IMG/VR virus record: IMGVR_UViG_3300006173_000003 | Span: 1 to 64,000 of that record | Length of the DNA: 64,000 bases | Source: a virus | Lineage: Duplodnaviria; Caudoviricetes | Direction: 5' to 3' (one strand) | Shown: positions 8,190-16,614 of the stretch, piece after piece | Layout: each line of letters starts with the position of its first letter | Numbering within the stretch: the first letter of the stretch is position 1 | Notes under the pieces: generated by a model | Seen by the model: only the letters and a program-made list of their open reading frames with translations | The model's database searches: none | Told to the model about the DNA's origin: nothing | Program-made: the position numbers and the translations under genes

Positions 8190-8230
8190 AAATATTATTT
8201 GTGTAATACAAAATATTATTTCTACATTTG
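8190..8230 (+). promoter_or_regulatory. Rightward promoter and operator in a divergent control region
   Basis: TTTG (8198)-N21-TACATTTG (8223); palindrome TTTGT-N5-ACAAA at 8198-8212; direct repeat AAATATTATTT at 8190 and 8211. Confidence 0.8.
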
Positions 8231-8239
8231 ATAAAAAAT

Positions 8240-8473
8240 ATGTCGGAATATAAATTTATAGGAGAAGAGATAACCGTATTCCATACATTTGGAGAATGGG
8301 TAAATAAGGCCAGTAGCAGGATCGGCGGATTTCCGAGATATCAAAAAGTGATATGTCTTGATAAAAATGGAAATGTATGTACCGGTGGTGAAGATTTTCA
8401 ATATGCCCTGGATAATGATCTATTTCCAGTAACAGCATACCTTTTAACTCGATCTTCAGAAGCAAACAAATAG
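8240..8473 (+). CDS. Conserved-type hypothetical phage protein
   Basis: First ORF after the promoter; F.EWVNKA...CLDK.G..C..G.DF motif. Confidence 0.65.
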   Translation: MSEYKFIGEEITVFHTFGEWVNKASSRIGGFPRYQKVICLDKNGNVCTGGEDFQYALDNDLFPVTAYLLTRSSEANK

Positions 8474-8476
8474 ATA

Positions 8477-8824
8477 ATGAATAAGAAAACAATTCTTTGC
8501 TTTTCTCTATTGAAAGGAGATGTCATTAATGTTAGCAATAGTCTTAAACTTTGCGGGTTAAGCAATCCAGCCCGAGAAATTCCAAGACAGGTAGAGAAGC
8601 CTTTTGGAGTAGAGGTCAGTCGTGTTAAAAAAGAGACGATAGATCAATACGGAAACTACTGCACTTATGATGACTATAGACTTAATACTTCTGAACATAA
8701 TTTGGCAGGGATCGAAAAAATGAAGGCGTATGTTAAAAAGAATATGTCCTCTCGAGCGGTTCCAAAAACAGAGGAGCAAGCAAAAATATACAGGCAAACG
8801 AGTATGTGGTTAGAATCACTTTAA
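8477..8824 (+). CDS. Winged-helix (HTH_39-like) protein
   Basis: LLKGDVINVSNSLKLCGLSNPAREI...VEVSR...DYRL. Confidence 0.5.
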   Translation: MNKKTILCFSLLKGDVINVSNSLKLCGLSNPAREIPRQVEKPFGVEVSRVKKETIDQYGNYCTYDDYRLNTSEHNLAGIEKMKAYVKKNMSSRAVPKTEEQAKIYRQTSMWLESL

Positions 8825-8827
8825 TAT

Positions 8828-9109
8828 ATGCAGCAGAATAAATTTTTAGTAAGCAGCGAATCCCTTCGTCGAATGTTCAATAATTTAGGTCAAAAGACTA
8901 AGTATGAATTTGAGGTAACAAAAAATTTATTGCAATGTCAAGGAGAATCAGTAGGCATAGAAGCCCAGTTAAAAGATTCAACTGTTTTTGATTTAACGTA
9001 CGAACAATTCGAAAGACTTCGTAAAATCCTATTCCAGTTGACCGACCAGCCCATACTTATCGCAATAGATACAAGCGGTTGGGTATTTTTAAAAGATTGT
9101 ATTATATGA
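8828..9109 (+). CDS. Single-domain protein resembling domain I of the Bacteroidota beta sliding clamp
   Basis: KFLVSSESL...EFEVTKNLL...LRKILFQLTDQPILIAI parallels the DnaN N-terminal pattern KFIVSS..L...L.ILK..PEQPL.F. Confidence 0.5.
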   Translation: MQQNKFLVSSESLRRMFNNLGQKTKYEFEVTKNLLQCQGESVGIEAQLKDSTVFDLTYEQFERLRKILFQLTDQPILIAIDTSGWVFLKDCII

Positions 9110-9483
9110 GTTGTCCAGCCTGGGAAGACTGTAATAAGAAGTCTTGCATGGAAAACGAGCAGTGTGTGAATAAGGAGTACTGGAATAGTGCGTCTGGACT
9201 CATTCATAGACAAACCATAAGGAAAGATAAGGAATCCGACAAAAAAGATACTGTTGATGGGCACAACCCATGTCCCAAAGGGGAAAGCAAGTTCTGTAAT
9301 AAGCGAACCACTTGTGAGTTCTTGGGTCAGTGCATCTTCACTATATCAGCCGTTAAGGGCAACAAGGCACTTATTAAGGCCCTATCTGGAAAGAAAAGCA
9401 TGAAGCAAGTCATAGAAGTCTTTGCCAAGCACAATCCAAAGCCCATGATATCCTATTATCCAAATTTAAAAAATAAAAAATGA
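9106..9483 (+). CDS. Cys-rich protein with two 4-Cys repeats
   Basis: CPAWEDCNKKSC...C and CPK...CNKRTTC...C. Confidence 0.55.
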   Translation: MSCPAWEDCNKKSCMENEQCVNKEYWNSASGLIHRQTIRKDKESDKKDTVDGHNPCPKGESKFCNKRTTCEFLGQCIFTISAVKGNKALIKALSGKKSMKQVIEVFAKHNPKPMISYYPNLKNKK

Positions 9484-10118
9484 GAGAAATAAAATTCAAA
9501 GCTTGGTATGCGGGCAACGAGAAAGAAAACGGAGGATGGATTCAGGGATTTAATATGGTAAACTTCCATTCCTACTACAACAAGGGGTCAGAGCCAAATA
9601 TTTATCGTTATAGTAAAGAATGGAAGTTAAGTGAAATATCCCTCTGTCAATTTACTGGATTATACGATTGTACAAAATGGGAGGAGCTTTCTGAAAAGAA
9701 CAGGAGTGTTGTAAAAAAAGAAGAGTGGAATGGGTTTCCAATATATGAGGGGGATATTCTTAAAATTAGACGCCCATTCCGGTTAACACAAACGCATTAT
9801 GGGAATAATATTCCCCAAGGAAGCTATACGGAACCTCTCGAACCAGCCATAAAAGAGGAGTTCCTTTCTGTTTCATTCCACGGCGGTTGTTTCGTCATCG
9901 GAGATCCTTCACTAGGCGATTTACTTTGTTGGCAACTTGGTTCCTATGATAAAGAATCTGCTATTGAATTGTTCCGGTCCGCTGAATGGGAGGGAGAAGA
10001 TGGAGACTTAGCGTACCTGCTTGATAATTACAAGTTTGATTCAGAAAAAGAGCTATTAAACTCACTCGGAACTAGAGTTGTTGGAAATATCTATCAAACC
10101 CCAGAACTTTTAAAATAA
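9480..10118 (+). CDS. yopX: YopX-family protein
   Basis: MREIKFKAW, QFTGLYD, IYEGDIL, VVGNIYQTPELL. Confidence 0.9.
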   Translation: MREIKFKAWYAGNEKENGGWIQGFNMVNFHSYYNKGSEPNIYRYSKEWKLSEISLCQFTGLYDCTKWEELSEKNRSVVKKEEWNGFPIYEGDILKIRRPFRLTQTHYGNNIPQGSYTEPLEPAIKEEFLSVSFHGGCFVIGDPSLGDLLCWQLGSYDKESAIELFRSAEWEGEDGDLAYLLDNYKFDSEKELLNSLGTRVVGNIYQTPELLK

Positions 10119-10140
10119 TACCAACCAGTATTAAAAAAGA

Positions 10141-10173
10141 TTTGGTAATAACATTTATCTAGTCGTATCTTAG
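10141..10173 (+). promoter_or_regulatory. Promoter of the replication operon
   Basis: TTTG (10141)-N21-TATCTTAG (10166), one mismatch to TAnnTTTG. Confidence 0.6.
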
Positions 10174-10234
10174 TCCTCATGTTTTTATTTAAAGCTCACT
10201 CATATGCAAAATCATAAGTTTACATAAGTATCAT

Positions 10235-10336
10235 TCTGTTTGTCTGGTCCGCAAAACAGAGGTCTAAATATTTTTTGGCGAAAGCTGAAATAAGAAGTAG
10301 CCCCCGCGAGGACCAGTCGCGGGGCTTTTCTATTTT
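10235..10336 (+). ncRNA. Structured leader with three hairpins, the last terminator-like
   Basis: Hairpin 10235-10260 (loop contains CTGGTCC), GAAA-tetraloop hairpin near 10273-10290, GC-rich stem 10299-10326 with loop GGACCAG followed by TTTCTATTTT. Confidence 0.6.
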
Positions 10337-10366
10337 ATACCTGTCCTATGCTTTACTAACCCTGAA

Positions 10367-10930
10367 TTGAATGAGAGAATGGCAAAGGAATCTTTCTGGT
10401 TTAAACACGATTACAACGCTAGGAGCGATAAAGAATTGGTCAAAGTCCGAATGAGAATGGGGTTGGCTGGTATCGGATTATACTGGTGCATCGTTGAAAT
10501 GTTATACGAAGAAGGTGGCTATCTATTACGAACCGAATACGAACGTATTTCGTTCGAATTACAAACGAAAAACGAATGTATTACGGAATTAATAGAATCG
10601 TACGCTCTATTCCAGTACGACGACAAACGGTTTTGGTCTACGTCTGTTCTTTCAAGATTAGCCACCAGAAAGGAAAAGAGCGAGAAAGCACGAGATTCAA
10701 TCAATGCAAGATGGAGCAATACGAACGTATCAGTTTCGAATTACGACAACGATACTAAGAGAGGAGAAAAGAAGAGAAGAGAAAAGAGCAGGGGGGTTAG
10801 GTTTTCGGAAGACAGATTATCTGTAATTTTTGAAGATGGATCAAGCCAGAAATTAGGGCTAGGGCAACTTCAACGGATAAAAGAGGGAGAATATCAACCA
10901 CATTACATCGAACAAGGAAAAATTGAATAG
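10367..10930 (+). CDS. Phage replication initiator / replisome organiser, DUF4373-like
   Basis: WFKHDYNARSDKELV.VRM.MG..G.GLYWCIVEMLYE motif, KRGEKKRREKS linker, immediately upstream of the primase-helicase. Confidence 0.75.
   Translation: MNERMAKESFWFKHDYNARSDKELVKVRMRMGLAGIGLYWCIVEMLYEEGGYLLRTEYERISFELQTKNECITELIESYALFQYDDKRFWSTSVLSRLATRKEKSEKARDSINARWSNTNVSVSNYDNDTKRGEKKRREKSRGVRFSEDRLSVIFEDGSSQKLGLGQLQRIKEGEYQPHYIEQGKIE
10536..10744 (+). repeat. 27-bp imperfect direct repeats (candidate iterons/origin)
   Basis: AATACGAACGTATnnnnTTCGAATTAC at 10536-10562 and 10718-10744, 23/27 identical. Confidence 0.7.
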
Positions 10931-10932
10931 GT

Positions 10933-12816
10933 ATGTACTACGACAAATTATACGATTTAGGTATAAAATTGACGCGACGGTCTGGAAACGAAAAGTGTTT
11001 TTGCCCCATTTGCCATGATGGAAGAAAGAATAAAAAAGATCGATCACTTTCTGTAAATATCACTACCGGGGAATATAAGTGTCATAATCCAGGTTGTGAT
11101 TTTAAGGGAAATGTGAGGGCTATGGAACGGAAAAGAAACGAAAAAAAATACGAAAGGCCCCCACAAGATATTATCAAATCTATTCAACTTCAAGAAAAAG
11201 CTGAACGGTGGTTTGGTTCACGCGGAATTTCTAAAAAGACGTTGGAGAAGTTTATGATTTTTAGCAGGGAAGAATATATGCCCCAAACGAGCAAAAAAGA
11301 ACATTGCATTTGCTTTCCTTATTTTCGAGATGGAAGTCTCATAAATATAAAATTCAGAACAGGTGCCAAGCATTTTAAAATGGTCAAGGATGGAGAACTT
11401 ATTCTATTCAATTTAAATACTATTGGAGATAAGAAGTTTTGCATTATTACAGAAGGTGAGATAGATTGCATGAGTTTGTATGAATCAGGTTTCGGTGCTG
11501 ACCCAATACCGGATGAAACGACGGGAGAATTGACTAACGAAAAATATAGCAAATGGTGCCAAGTTTCTGTCCCCAATGGCGCTGCAATCGGCAATCAAAA
11601 ATTAGACTATCTGGATAATTGCGCCGAATGGCTAGTGAGTATTGAAGAGTTTGTTTTAGCCACGGATGGGGATGCAGCGGGCGAACAATTAAAAATGGAA
11701 CTTATAAGACGTTTAGGTGTTGAAAGGTGCCGAGTTATTTCTTATCCTATTGAAGAATGTGTTCCTCTCGACAATGGATTAAAGCGCCGATGTAAAGATA
11801 TGAATGAAGTTTTAATGTATCTTGGTAAGGAAGTTGTTGTCAATGTTATAAATAATTCAGAATCCATACCTGTTGATGGCATTTACTATGTGGAAGATAT
11901 ATTCCCCTCGATGCTAGAGAATTTTAAAAACGGGATACAGTTAGCCCCTAAGACATACTTTGGTGAAATGGATGATTTTTTTAGGTGGAAGAAGGGAGAA
12001 ATAAACTTGATTGTGGGTCATGCAAATCATGGGAAAACTACCTTAGTTCTTCAAATGATGCTTACAAAAAGCGTATATGATGATTGGAAATGGGCAATAT
12101 TTAGCCCAGAAAATTATCCCGCCTCTGATTTTTACGATGACCTGATTGAAATGTATATTGGTAAATGGTTAGATAAAATGACAGAGGATGAATACATAGA
12201 AGGTGCTATGTTTGTAGATAAACATATATTTTATGTTTATCCAGACGATGGGCATGATATTCATTCCATCAATGAGAAGTTCAGATATCTTGTTCTAAAA
12301 AAAGGCATAGACGGAGTTTTGGTAGATCCGTTCAACCAGTTGGATCATGTTCAGAAACCATATCAGAGAGAGGATCAATATTTATCTGAAACACTTAAAG
12401 ATGTAAAGCGGTTTGCTTTACTGAATGGAATATCTTACAACATAGTTGCCCATCCTGTTAAGCAACAAAGGGATCAAGATAAGTCTATTCCTCCTGTAGA
12501 TATGTATGACATAGCAGGAGGAGCAATGTGGGCCAACAAAACAGATAATATAATTTCATACTATAGGCCAAATCATCATACTAATAAAACAAGTCCAGAA
12601 GTTGTTGTTTATCTTCAGAAAGTAAAGAGGCGAAGGACTGGAGGGAAGCCAGGGGAATTTAATATTAGAATGGATTGGGAAATAAAAAGATTTGTAGATC
12701 CTATAAGTAGAATACCCTTTTTAAACCCAAAGCGTATTGTTCAAACAGATGTGTCTAGGTCTGGTCGATTACCATATTTCGATGACACAAATCTTTTGGA
12801 TGAGTTACCGTTTTAG
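10933..12816 (+). CDS. Bifunctional primase-helicase (T7 gp4/Twinkle-like)
   Basis: Zn finger CPIC...CHNPGC; TOPRIM TEGEID and ATDGD; Walker A GHANHGKT; Walker B LVDPFNQ; IVAHP. Confidence 0.9.
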   Translation: MYYDKLYDLGIKLTRRSGNEKCFCPICHDGRKNKKDRSLSVNITTGEYKCHNPGCDFKGNVRAMERKRNEKKYERPPQDIIKSIQLQEKAERWFGSRGISKKTLEKFMIFSREEYMPQTSKKEHCICFPYFRDGSLINIKFRTGAKHFKMVKDGELILFNLNTIGDKKFCIITEGEIDCMSLYESGFGADPIPDETTGELTNEKYSKWCQVSVPNGAAIGNQKLDYLDNCAEWLVSIEEFVLATDGDAAGEQLKMELIRRLGVERCRVISYPIEECVPLDNGLKRRCKDMNEVLMYLGKEVVVNVINNSESIPVDGIYYVEDIFPSMLENFKNGIQLAPKTYFGEMDDFFRWKKGEINLIVGHANHGKTTLVLQMMLTKSVYDDWKWAIFSPENYPASDFYDDLIEMYIGKWLDKMTEDEYIEGAMFVDKHIFYVYPDDGHDIHSINEKFRYLVLKKGIDGVLVDPFNQLDHVQKPYQREDQYLSETLKDVKRFALLNGISYNIVAHPVKQQRDQDKSIPPVDMYDIAGGAMWANKTDNIISYYRPNHHTNKTSPEVVVYLQKVKRRRTGGKPGEFNIRMDWEIKRFVDPISRIPFLNPKRIVQTDVSRSGRLPYFDDTNLLDELPF

Positions 12817-12840
12817 TAAAAATTAAAATTAGAACAGATT

Positions 12841-13185
12841 ATGACTAAGGGAAAAAAAGAAAAGAAGCCAGCCGAATTATATTGGCAGAAGTTTATTGAA
12901 ACTTACTTTGAATTTACAAAGTCTAAGTTTTCGGAATTGCCATCATTTGATGGAAGCGCACCCAGAGACCTTCGAACGATAGTTCAGGCTCTTCGTAAAC
13001 GTGCGGAAGATGCTGGAGTTGAATGGACAGAAGAAGTAGCATTATCAAGATTTAAGACGTTCTTGGAATTCTCATTTTCCGATTGGTGGCTGAGTGAAAA
13101 TTGGATGTTACAGAATATCAACCGACAAAAAGATAAAATATTTTTTAAGGCAGCTAAGAATAAGAACAATAATGAGATGCAATAA
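12841..13185 (+). CDS. Hypothetical replication-associated protein
   Basis: 114-aa helical ORF in the replication operon. Confidence 0.6.
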   Translation: MTKGKKEKKPAELYWQKFIETYFEFTKSKFSELPSFDGSAPRDLRTIVQALRKRAEDAGVEWTEEVALSRFKTFLEFSFSDWWLSENWMLQNINRQKDKIFFKAAKNKNNNEMQ

Positions 13186-13480
13186 TTGTTTTGACGAAAG
13201 CGTTTTGGTCTTTCCTGTAATTCCAGGTAAATATTTTTCATGTCCTAATTGCAGTGTAACGTATGCTAAAGATAGGACGGGAATAGCTTTCATTTTAGAT
13301 GAAGAAGTATATTTGAGGCCCTTATATTCTGCCGCGGAAGGGAGATTGTTTGTGATAAAGGGTATTTACATAATGGAAGAATGTGAGTCCGGAAGGATGA
13401 TACATGTCTTCGACAAAATAACTGGTAAGCCTTTCAAATCAGTATTAGATACAAATTGGTTAATAAAAATTAAAAAGTAA
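13172..13480 (+). CDS. Zn-ribbon protein
   Basis: CNNC...CPNC from ATG 13172. Confidence 0.55.
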   Translation: MRCNNCFDESVLVFPVIPGKYFSCPNCSVTYAKDRTGIAFILDEEVYLRPLYSAAEGRLFVIKGIYIMEECESGRMIHVFDKITGKPFKSVLDTNWLIKIKK

Positions 13481-13483
13481 ATT

Positions 13484-13843
13484 ATGAATCAGCTTTTTTT
13501 CGGTAGTATTTGCCTTACAGACTTAATCGAGTTAGCAAAGAAAAAACACTCTGCTTTTACCAAAGGGAATAACGGGAAAATTTACGCTTCGGTGAACGTA
13601 TGGCTTAATGACAAGACGGATAAGTTTGGGAACATTATGTCCGTACAAGTGAATCCGACAAAAGAAATGAAGGACTTAGAAGACAGGGTTTATATTGGTA
13701 ACCTTAAGCAGTCGGATGGACCCAAGCCAATATCAGATAAAGATGCCAATGACTTGGACGTAGACATAGACGCTCCTACGTATCAAAAACCACCTACGGA
13801 TAGTGCTAATATTTCCGAACCAATTGATGATTTACCCTTTTAA
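13484..13843 (+). CDS. Single-stranded DNA-binding-like protein
   Basis: Small beta-rich protein (GSICLTD, NGKIY..VNVW, YIGN) ending in the acidic DDLPF tail. Confidence 0.65.
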   Translation: MNQLFFGSICLTDLIELAKKKHSAFTKGNNGKIYASVNVWLNDKTDKFGNIMSVQVNPTKEMKDLEDRVYIGNLKQSDGPKPISDKDANDLDVDIDAPTYQKPPTDSANISEPIDDLPF

Positions 13844-13853
13844 AATATTCAAT

Positions 13854-14222
13854 ATGGGAAAATATCTAACAGTTGAAGAGAGGTTGAAAGTCCTCGAACT
13901 AAAAAAACAAGGGATGCAGCAAAAGAACATTGCCAAGGTAATAGGCCGGTCTCCATCTGCCGTATCTTACCTTATCAACAAAGGAGAATATTCTGTACTA
14001 AGAATGAAAGTAGATGCAGAAGTACCTCAAAAGACAAAGGACGCGGAACGACCTCCGGAGAAAGACCTGTCTTCTTTACCAGATACCGTTCTTTTCAAAC
14101 ACGTAAACTGGGCTATACCCATACTTATAGTCATTGTTATTGGGGTGTCTTCATGTGCTTCAAAGAGAAAAATTCAACATGATCCACATCCAATTTTAAA
14201 TATGAAAGGAAGGGTACTATGA
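13854..14222 (+). CDS. HTH protein with a C-terminal hydrophobic segment and lipobox-like motif
   Basis: LTVEERLKVLELKKQGMQQKNIAKVIGRSPSAVS (HTH), then WAIPILIVIVIGVSSC. Confidence 0.6.
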   Translation: MGKYLTVEERLKVLELKKQGMQQKNIAKVIGRSPSAVSYLINKGEYSVLRMKVDAEVPQKTKDAERPPEKDLSSLPDTVLFKHVNWAIPILIVIVIGVSSCASKRKIQHDPHPILNMKGRVL

Positions 14223-14392
14223 AGCTAATTATAGTTGGAGTTATATTTTTCTATTCCTGCTGTCCTTCCAGAGATCCGAAAACTGGAAAATTTTGGACAA
14301 GTGAGCATGTATGGAAGAGAATGGTAGCCAGAAACTTTAACCACTGTAAAATTTACTATGACCGATTTGATAACCCAATACCTTACAAGTAA
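14219..14392 (+). CDS. Small lipoprotein (57 aa, not in the ORF track)
   Basis: MKLIIVGVIFFYSCC; overlaps both neighbours (ATGA and TAATG). Confidence 0.6.
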   Translation: MKLIIVGVIFFYSCCPSRDPKTGKFWTSEHVWKRMVARNFNHCKIYYDRFDNPIPYK

Positions 14393-15036
14393 TGTGGACT
14401 AATTTCTTTTCTCGGATAGTTTTGATAAATCTTCGCAGCAGGCCGGATAGACTTATAGAAAGTTCATTGGAATTAAAACGGCACAAGATACCATTTGAAG
14501 TGGTCAATGGCATAAAGAACGAAAACGGGCAGCAAGGAATATCAGATACGTTGAGGGGGCTATTCCGGAACTCCCTTGATGCCGGACATCGTAATTTATT
14601 GGTATTCGAGGATGATGTCCAAATGGTAGTAGAACCAGAGGAATTTGAACGAGTAATGGATTTGGCCTTAATTGAACTTCCATATAACTATGATATGCTG
14701 TACCTGGGGGCTAATTTACCTAACCCCAGAAGAGTATCCGAATATTCCGCCCATTTGCTGAGAACAATTCGTGCTCTTGCTCTTCATGCTGTAGCCTATA
14801 GTCGCCGTGGAATGGAAGAAATACTTTCACTGGAACCACGGTTGCCTATTGACCTCCAAATAGCTGAGGAGATCAACACGGCAGGAGGTTCATTCGTAAC
14901 CTATCCCCTACTTTGTACTCAGAAAGAATCGTTCTCAGATATCGAAAAGAGACCTACAAACTATGCCTGCTTCATTGAAGACCGATACAAGGAAGTAGAA
15001 AAATATTTGGGATTATCTAAAAGTTCCTTACCTTAG
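14392..15036 (+). CDS. Glycosyltransferase family 25
   Basis: INLRSRPDR, LVFEDD, DMLYLG, ALHAVAYS, LCTQ. Confidence 0.85.
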   Translation: MWTNFFSRIVLINLRSRPDRLIESSLELKRHKIPFEVVNGIKNENGQQGISDTLRGLFRNSLDAGHRNLLVFEDDVQMVVEPEEFERVMDLALIELPYNYDMLYLGANLPNPRRVSEYSAHLLRTIRALALHAVAYSRRGMEEILSLEPRLPIDLQIAEEINTAGGSFVTYPLLCTQKESFSDIEKRPTNYACFIEDRYKEVEKYLGLSKSSLP

Positions 15037-15040
15037 CACT

Positions 15041-15167
15041 GCTTCAGAAAACCTCAATGTAACAAATTTATCATTTTTCTTTTTTAAGATAGAGAGTTAC
15101 CGCAGGTTGAATTCTTGATGTTTTACGACGTTAGGTTTTCTGAAGCCCCTGCGGTAACTCTTTTTTA
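15041..15167 (+). promoter_or_regulatory. Two interleaved perfect 14-bp inverted repeats ending in a U-tract (attenuator, pseudoknot or invertible element)
   Basis: A 15041-15054 pairs with A' 15133-15146; B 15093-15106 pairs with B' 15148-15161; T run follows; ATG at 15171. Confidence 0.7.
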
Positions 15168-15170
15168 TTT

Positions 15171-15863
15171 ATGAAACTATCTCTCGCCATAACTAACTTC
15201 AATAGGTATGATCTGCTGCTTAAATCCTTTGAGCAAATGGTGGATGATTCTAGGATTTCAGAAATAATAATTTACGACGATGCGAGTGACTGGGATGTTC
15301 AGGAGTCCCTAAGAGAATTAGTGAAGGGATTCCCCGACAAAGTAAAACTTTTCCTTGGAGTAAAAAATGTCGGCATGAGCCGAGCAAAAAGAAACGCCAT
15401 TTCGTTATGCGAAAATGAATTTGCGATTATCCTAGACTCAGACAACGTTATATCCCCGTCATATATCGATGCACTGGAAGGATTCTTCTGGGACGACGGA
15501 ACGATTATGATGCCGGAGATGGCGGCTCCTAATTTTGACTATCGGGCGTTCTCTGGCGTAACATTCGATTCAAGCAACGTGAACGAGTATTTGGATAGGC
15601 CGCTATTCGAAGCCCTACTAAATACGTCGAATTATGTAGTTCCTGTTTTGGAATATTTGAAAGTCTATCAGGAAGACAAAACAGTAAAAGAAACAGACAC
15701 AGTTCACTTCGCATACCATTGGCTGAGAAATGGATACCAGTTTAAGGTAATTGAAGGACTCCGGTATGATCATCTTGTACATCCTGATAGCGGCTGGTTA
15801 AAGAACGCTTCATACAACTCAGCAAGAGGAAAACAAACTATTGAACAAATACGGGCGCTATGA
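15171..15863 (+). CDS. Glycosyltransferase family 2 (GT-A)
   Basis: LAITNFNR, IIYDDAS, NVGMSRAKRNAI, IILDSDN. Confidence 0.85.
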   Translation: MKLSLAITNFNRYDLLLKSFEQMVDDSRISEIIIYDDASDWDVQESLRELVKGFPDKVKLFLGVKNVGMSRAKRNAISLCENEFAIILDSDNVISPSYIDALEGFFWDDGTIMMPEMAAPNFDYRAFSGVTFDSSNVNEYLDRPLFEALLNTSNYVVPVLEYLKVYQEDKTVKETDTVHFAYHWLRNGYQFKVIEGLRYDHLVHPDSGWLKNASYNSARGKQTIEQIRAL

Positions 15864-16612
15864 TCTACAACAGGCTCCTTGGCGGATTAGGCAATCAACT
15901 TTTCCAACACGCATGCGCGATTGGATTGAGTAAAAAATGGGGTATGGATTACTGCGCACCTTCGGAGTCTATTAATCCAAACGTGTGGCCCGCATATAAG
16001 CTCCCCGGATTGAACTACTGTAAGGAGGGTGTCGTTACTGCTGTATTTTATAAAGAACCTACCCATGCCTTTCACGAAATACCCTTTCACCCAAATATTA
16101 TCCTTGAAGGATATTGGCAGTCGTACAAGAGGTTCGACTTCTGTAGAGAAGAGGTTATGAAGGCTTTTGGATTCGATGACCTCGATTGCAACTACGGGAC
16201 CGTAGGGTTGCAAATAAGAAGGGGAGACTATTTAAAGTTTCCTCTACATCACCCCGTTGTTACGTTGGAATATATTCGAATGGCAGCAGAGAAGATAAAA
16301 GGGGATTACGAATTTTTGGTCTTTACTGACGACGAAGAATGGGCGAAAGAGAACATTACTTCTGAGTTGCTGGGGGATAGGTATTTTGAAATAATCGAAA
16401 AGGGAGATGCGCTGAATGATTTGACGTATCTGGCAATGTGCGAGAAGCATATAATTTCAAACTCCACGTACGGATGGTGGGGCGCGTGGTTAAGCAATAG
16501 CACGAATAAGCAAGTTGTAACCCCATCAGAGGATAATTGGTTTGGAGAAAGGAATAAGCATCTATCCGTGGCTGATCTTTTATTGCCTGAATGGGAACGA
16601 ATAAAATTTTAA
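15860..16612 (+). CDS. Alpha-1,2-fucosyltransferase, glycosyltransferase family 11
   Basis: GGLGNQLFQ, EGYWQS, QIRRGDY, VFTDD, IISNSTYGWWGAWL. Confidence 0.9.
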   Translation: MIYNRLLGGLGNQLFQHACAIGLSKKWGMDYCAPSESINPNVWPAYKLPGLNYCKEGVVTAVFYKEPTHAFHEIPFHPNIILEGYWQSYKRFDFCREEVMKAFGFDDLDCNYGTVGLQIRRGDYLKFPLHHPVVTLEYIRMAAEKIKGDYEFLVFTDDEEWAKENITSELLGDRYFEIIEKGDALNDLTYLAMCEKHIISNSTYGWWGAWLSNSTNKQVVTPSEDNWFGERNKHLSVADLLLPEWERIKF

Positions 16613-16614
16613 TC

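Noticed and set aside
10758-10795. Purine-rich AGAAA/GAGA stretch
   Set aside because: Encodes the K/R/E linker typical of phage initiators; no separate function needed
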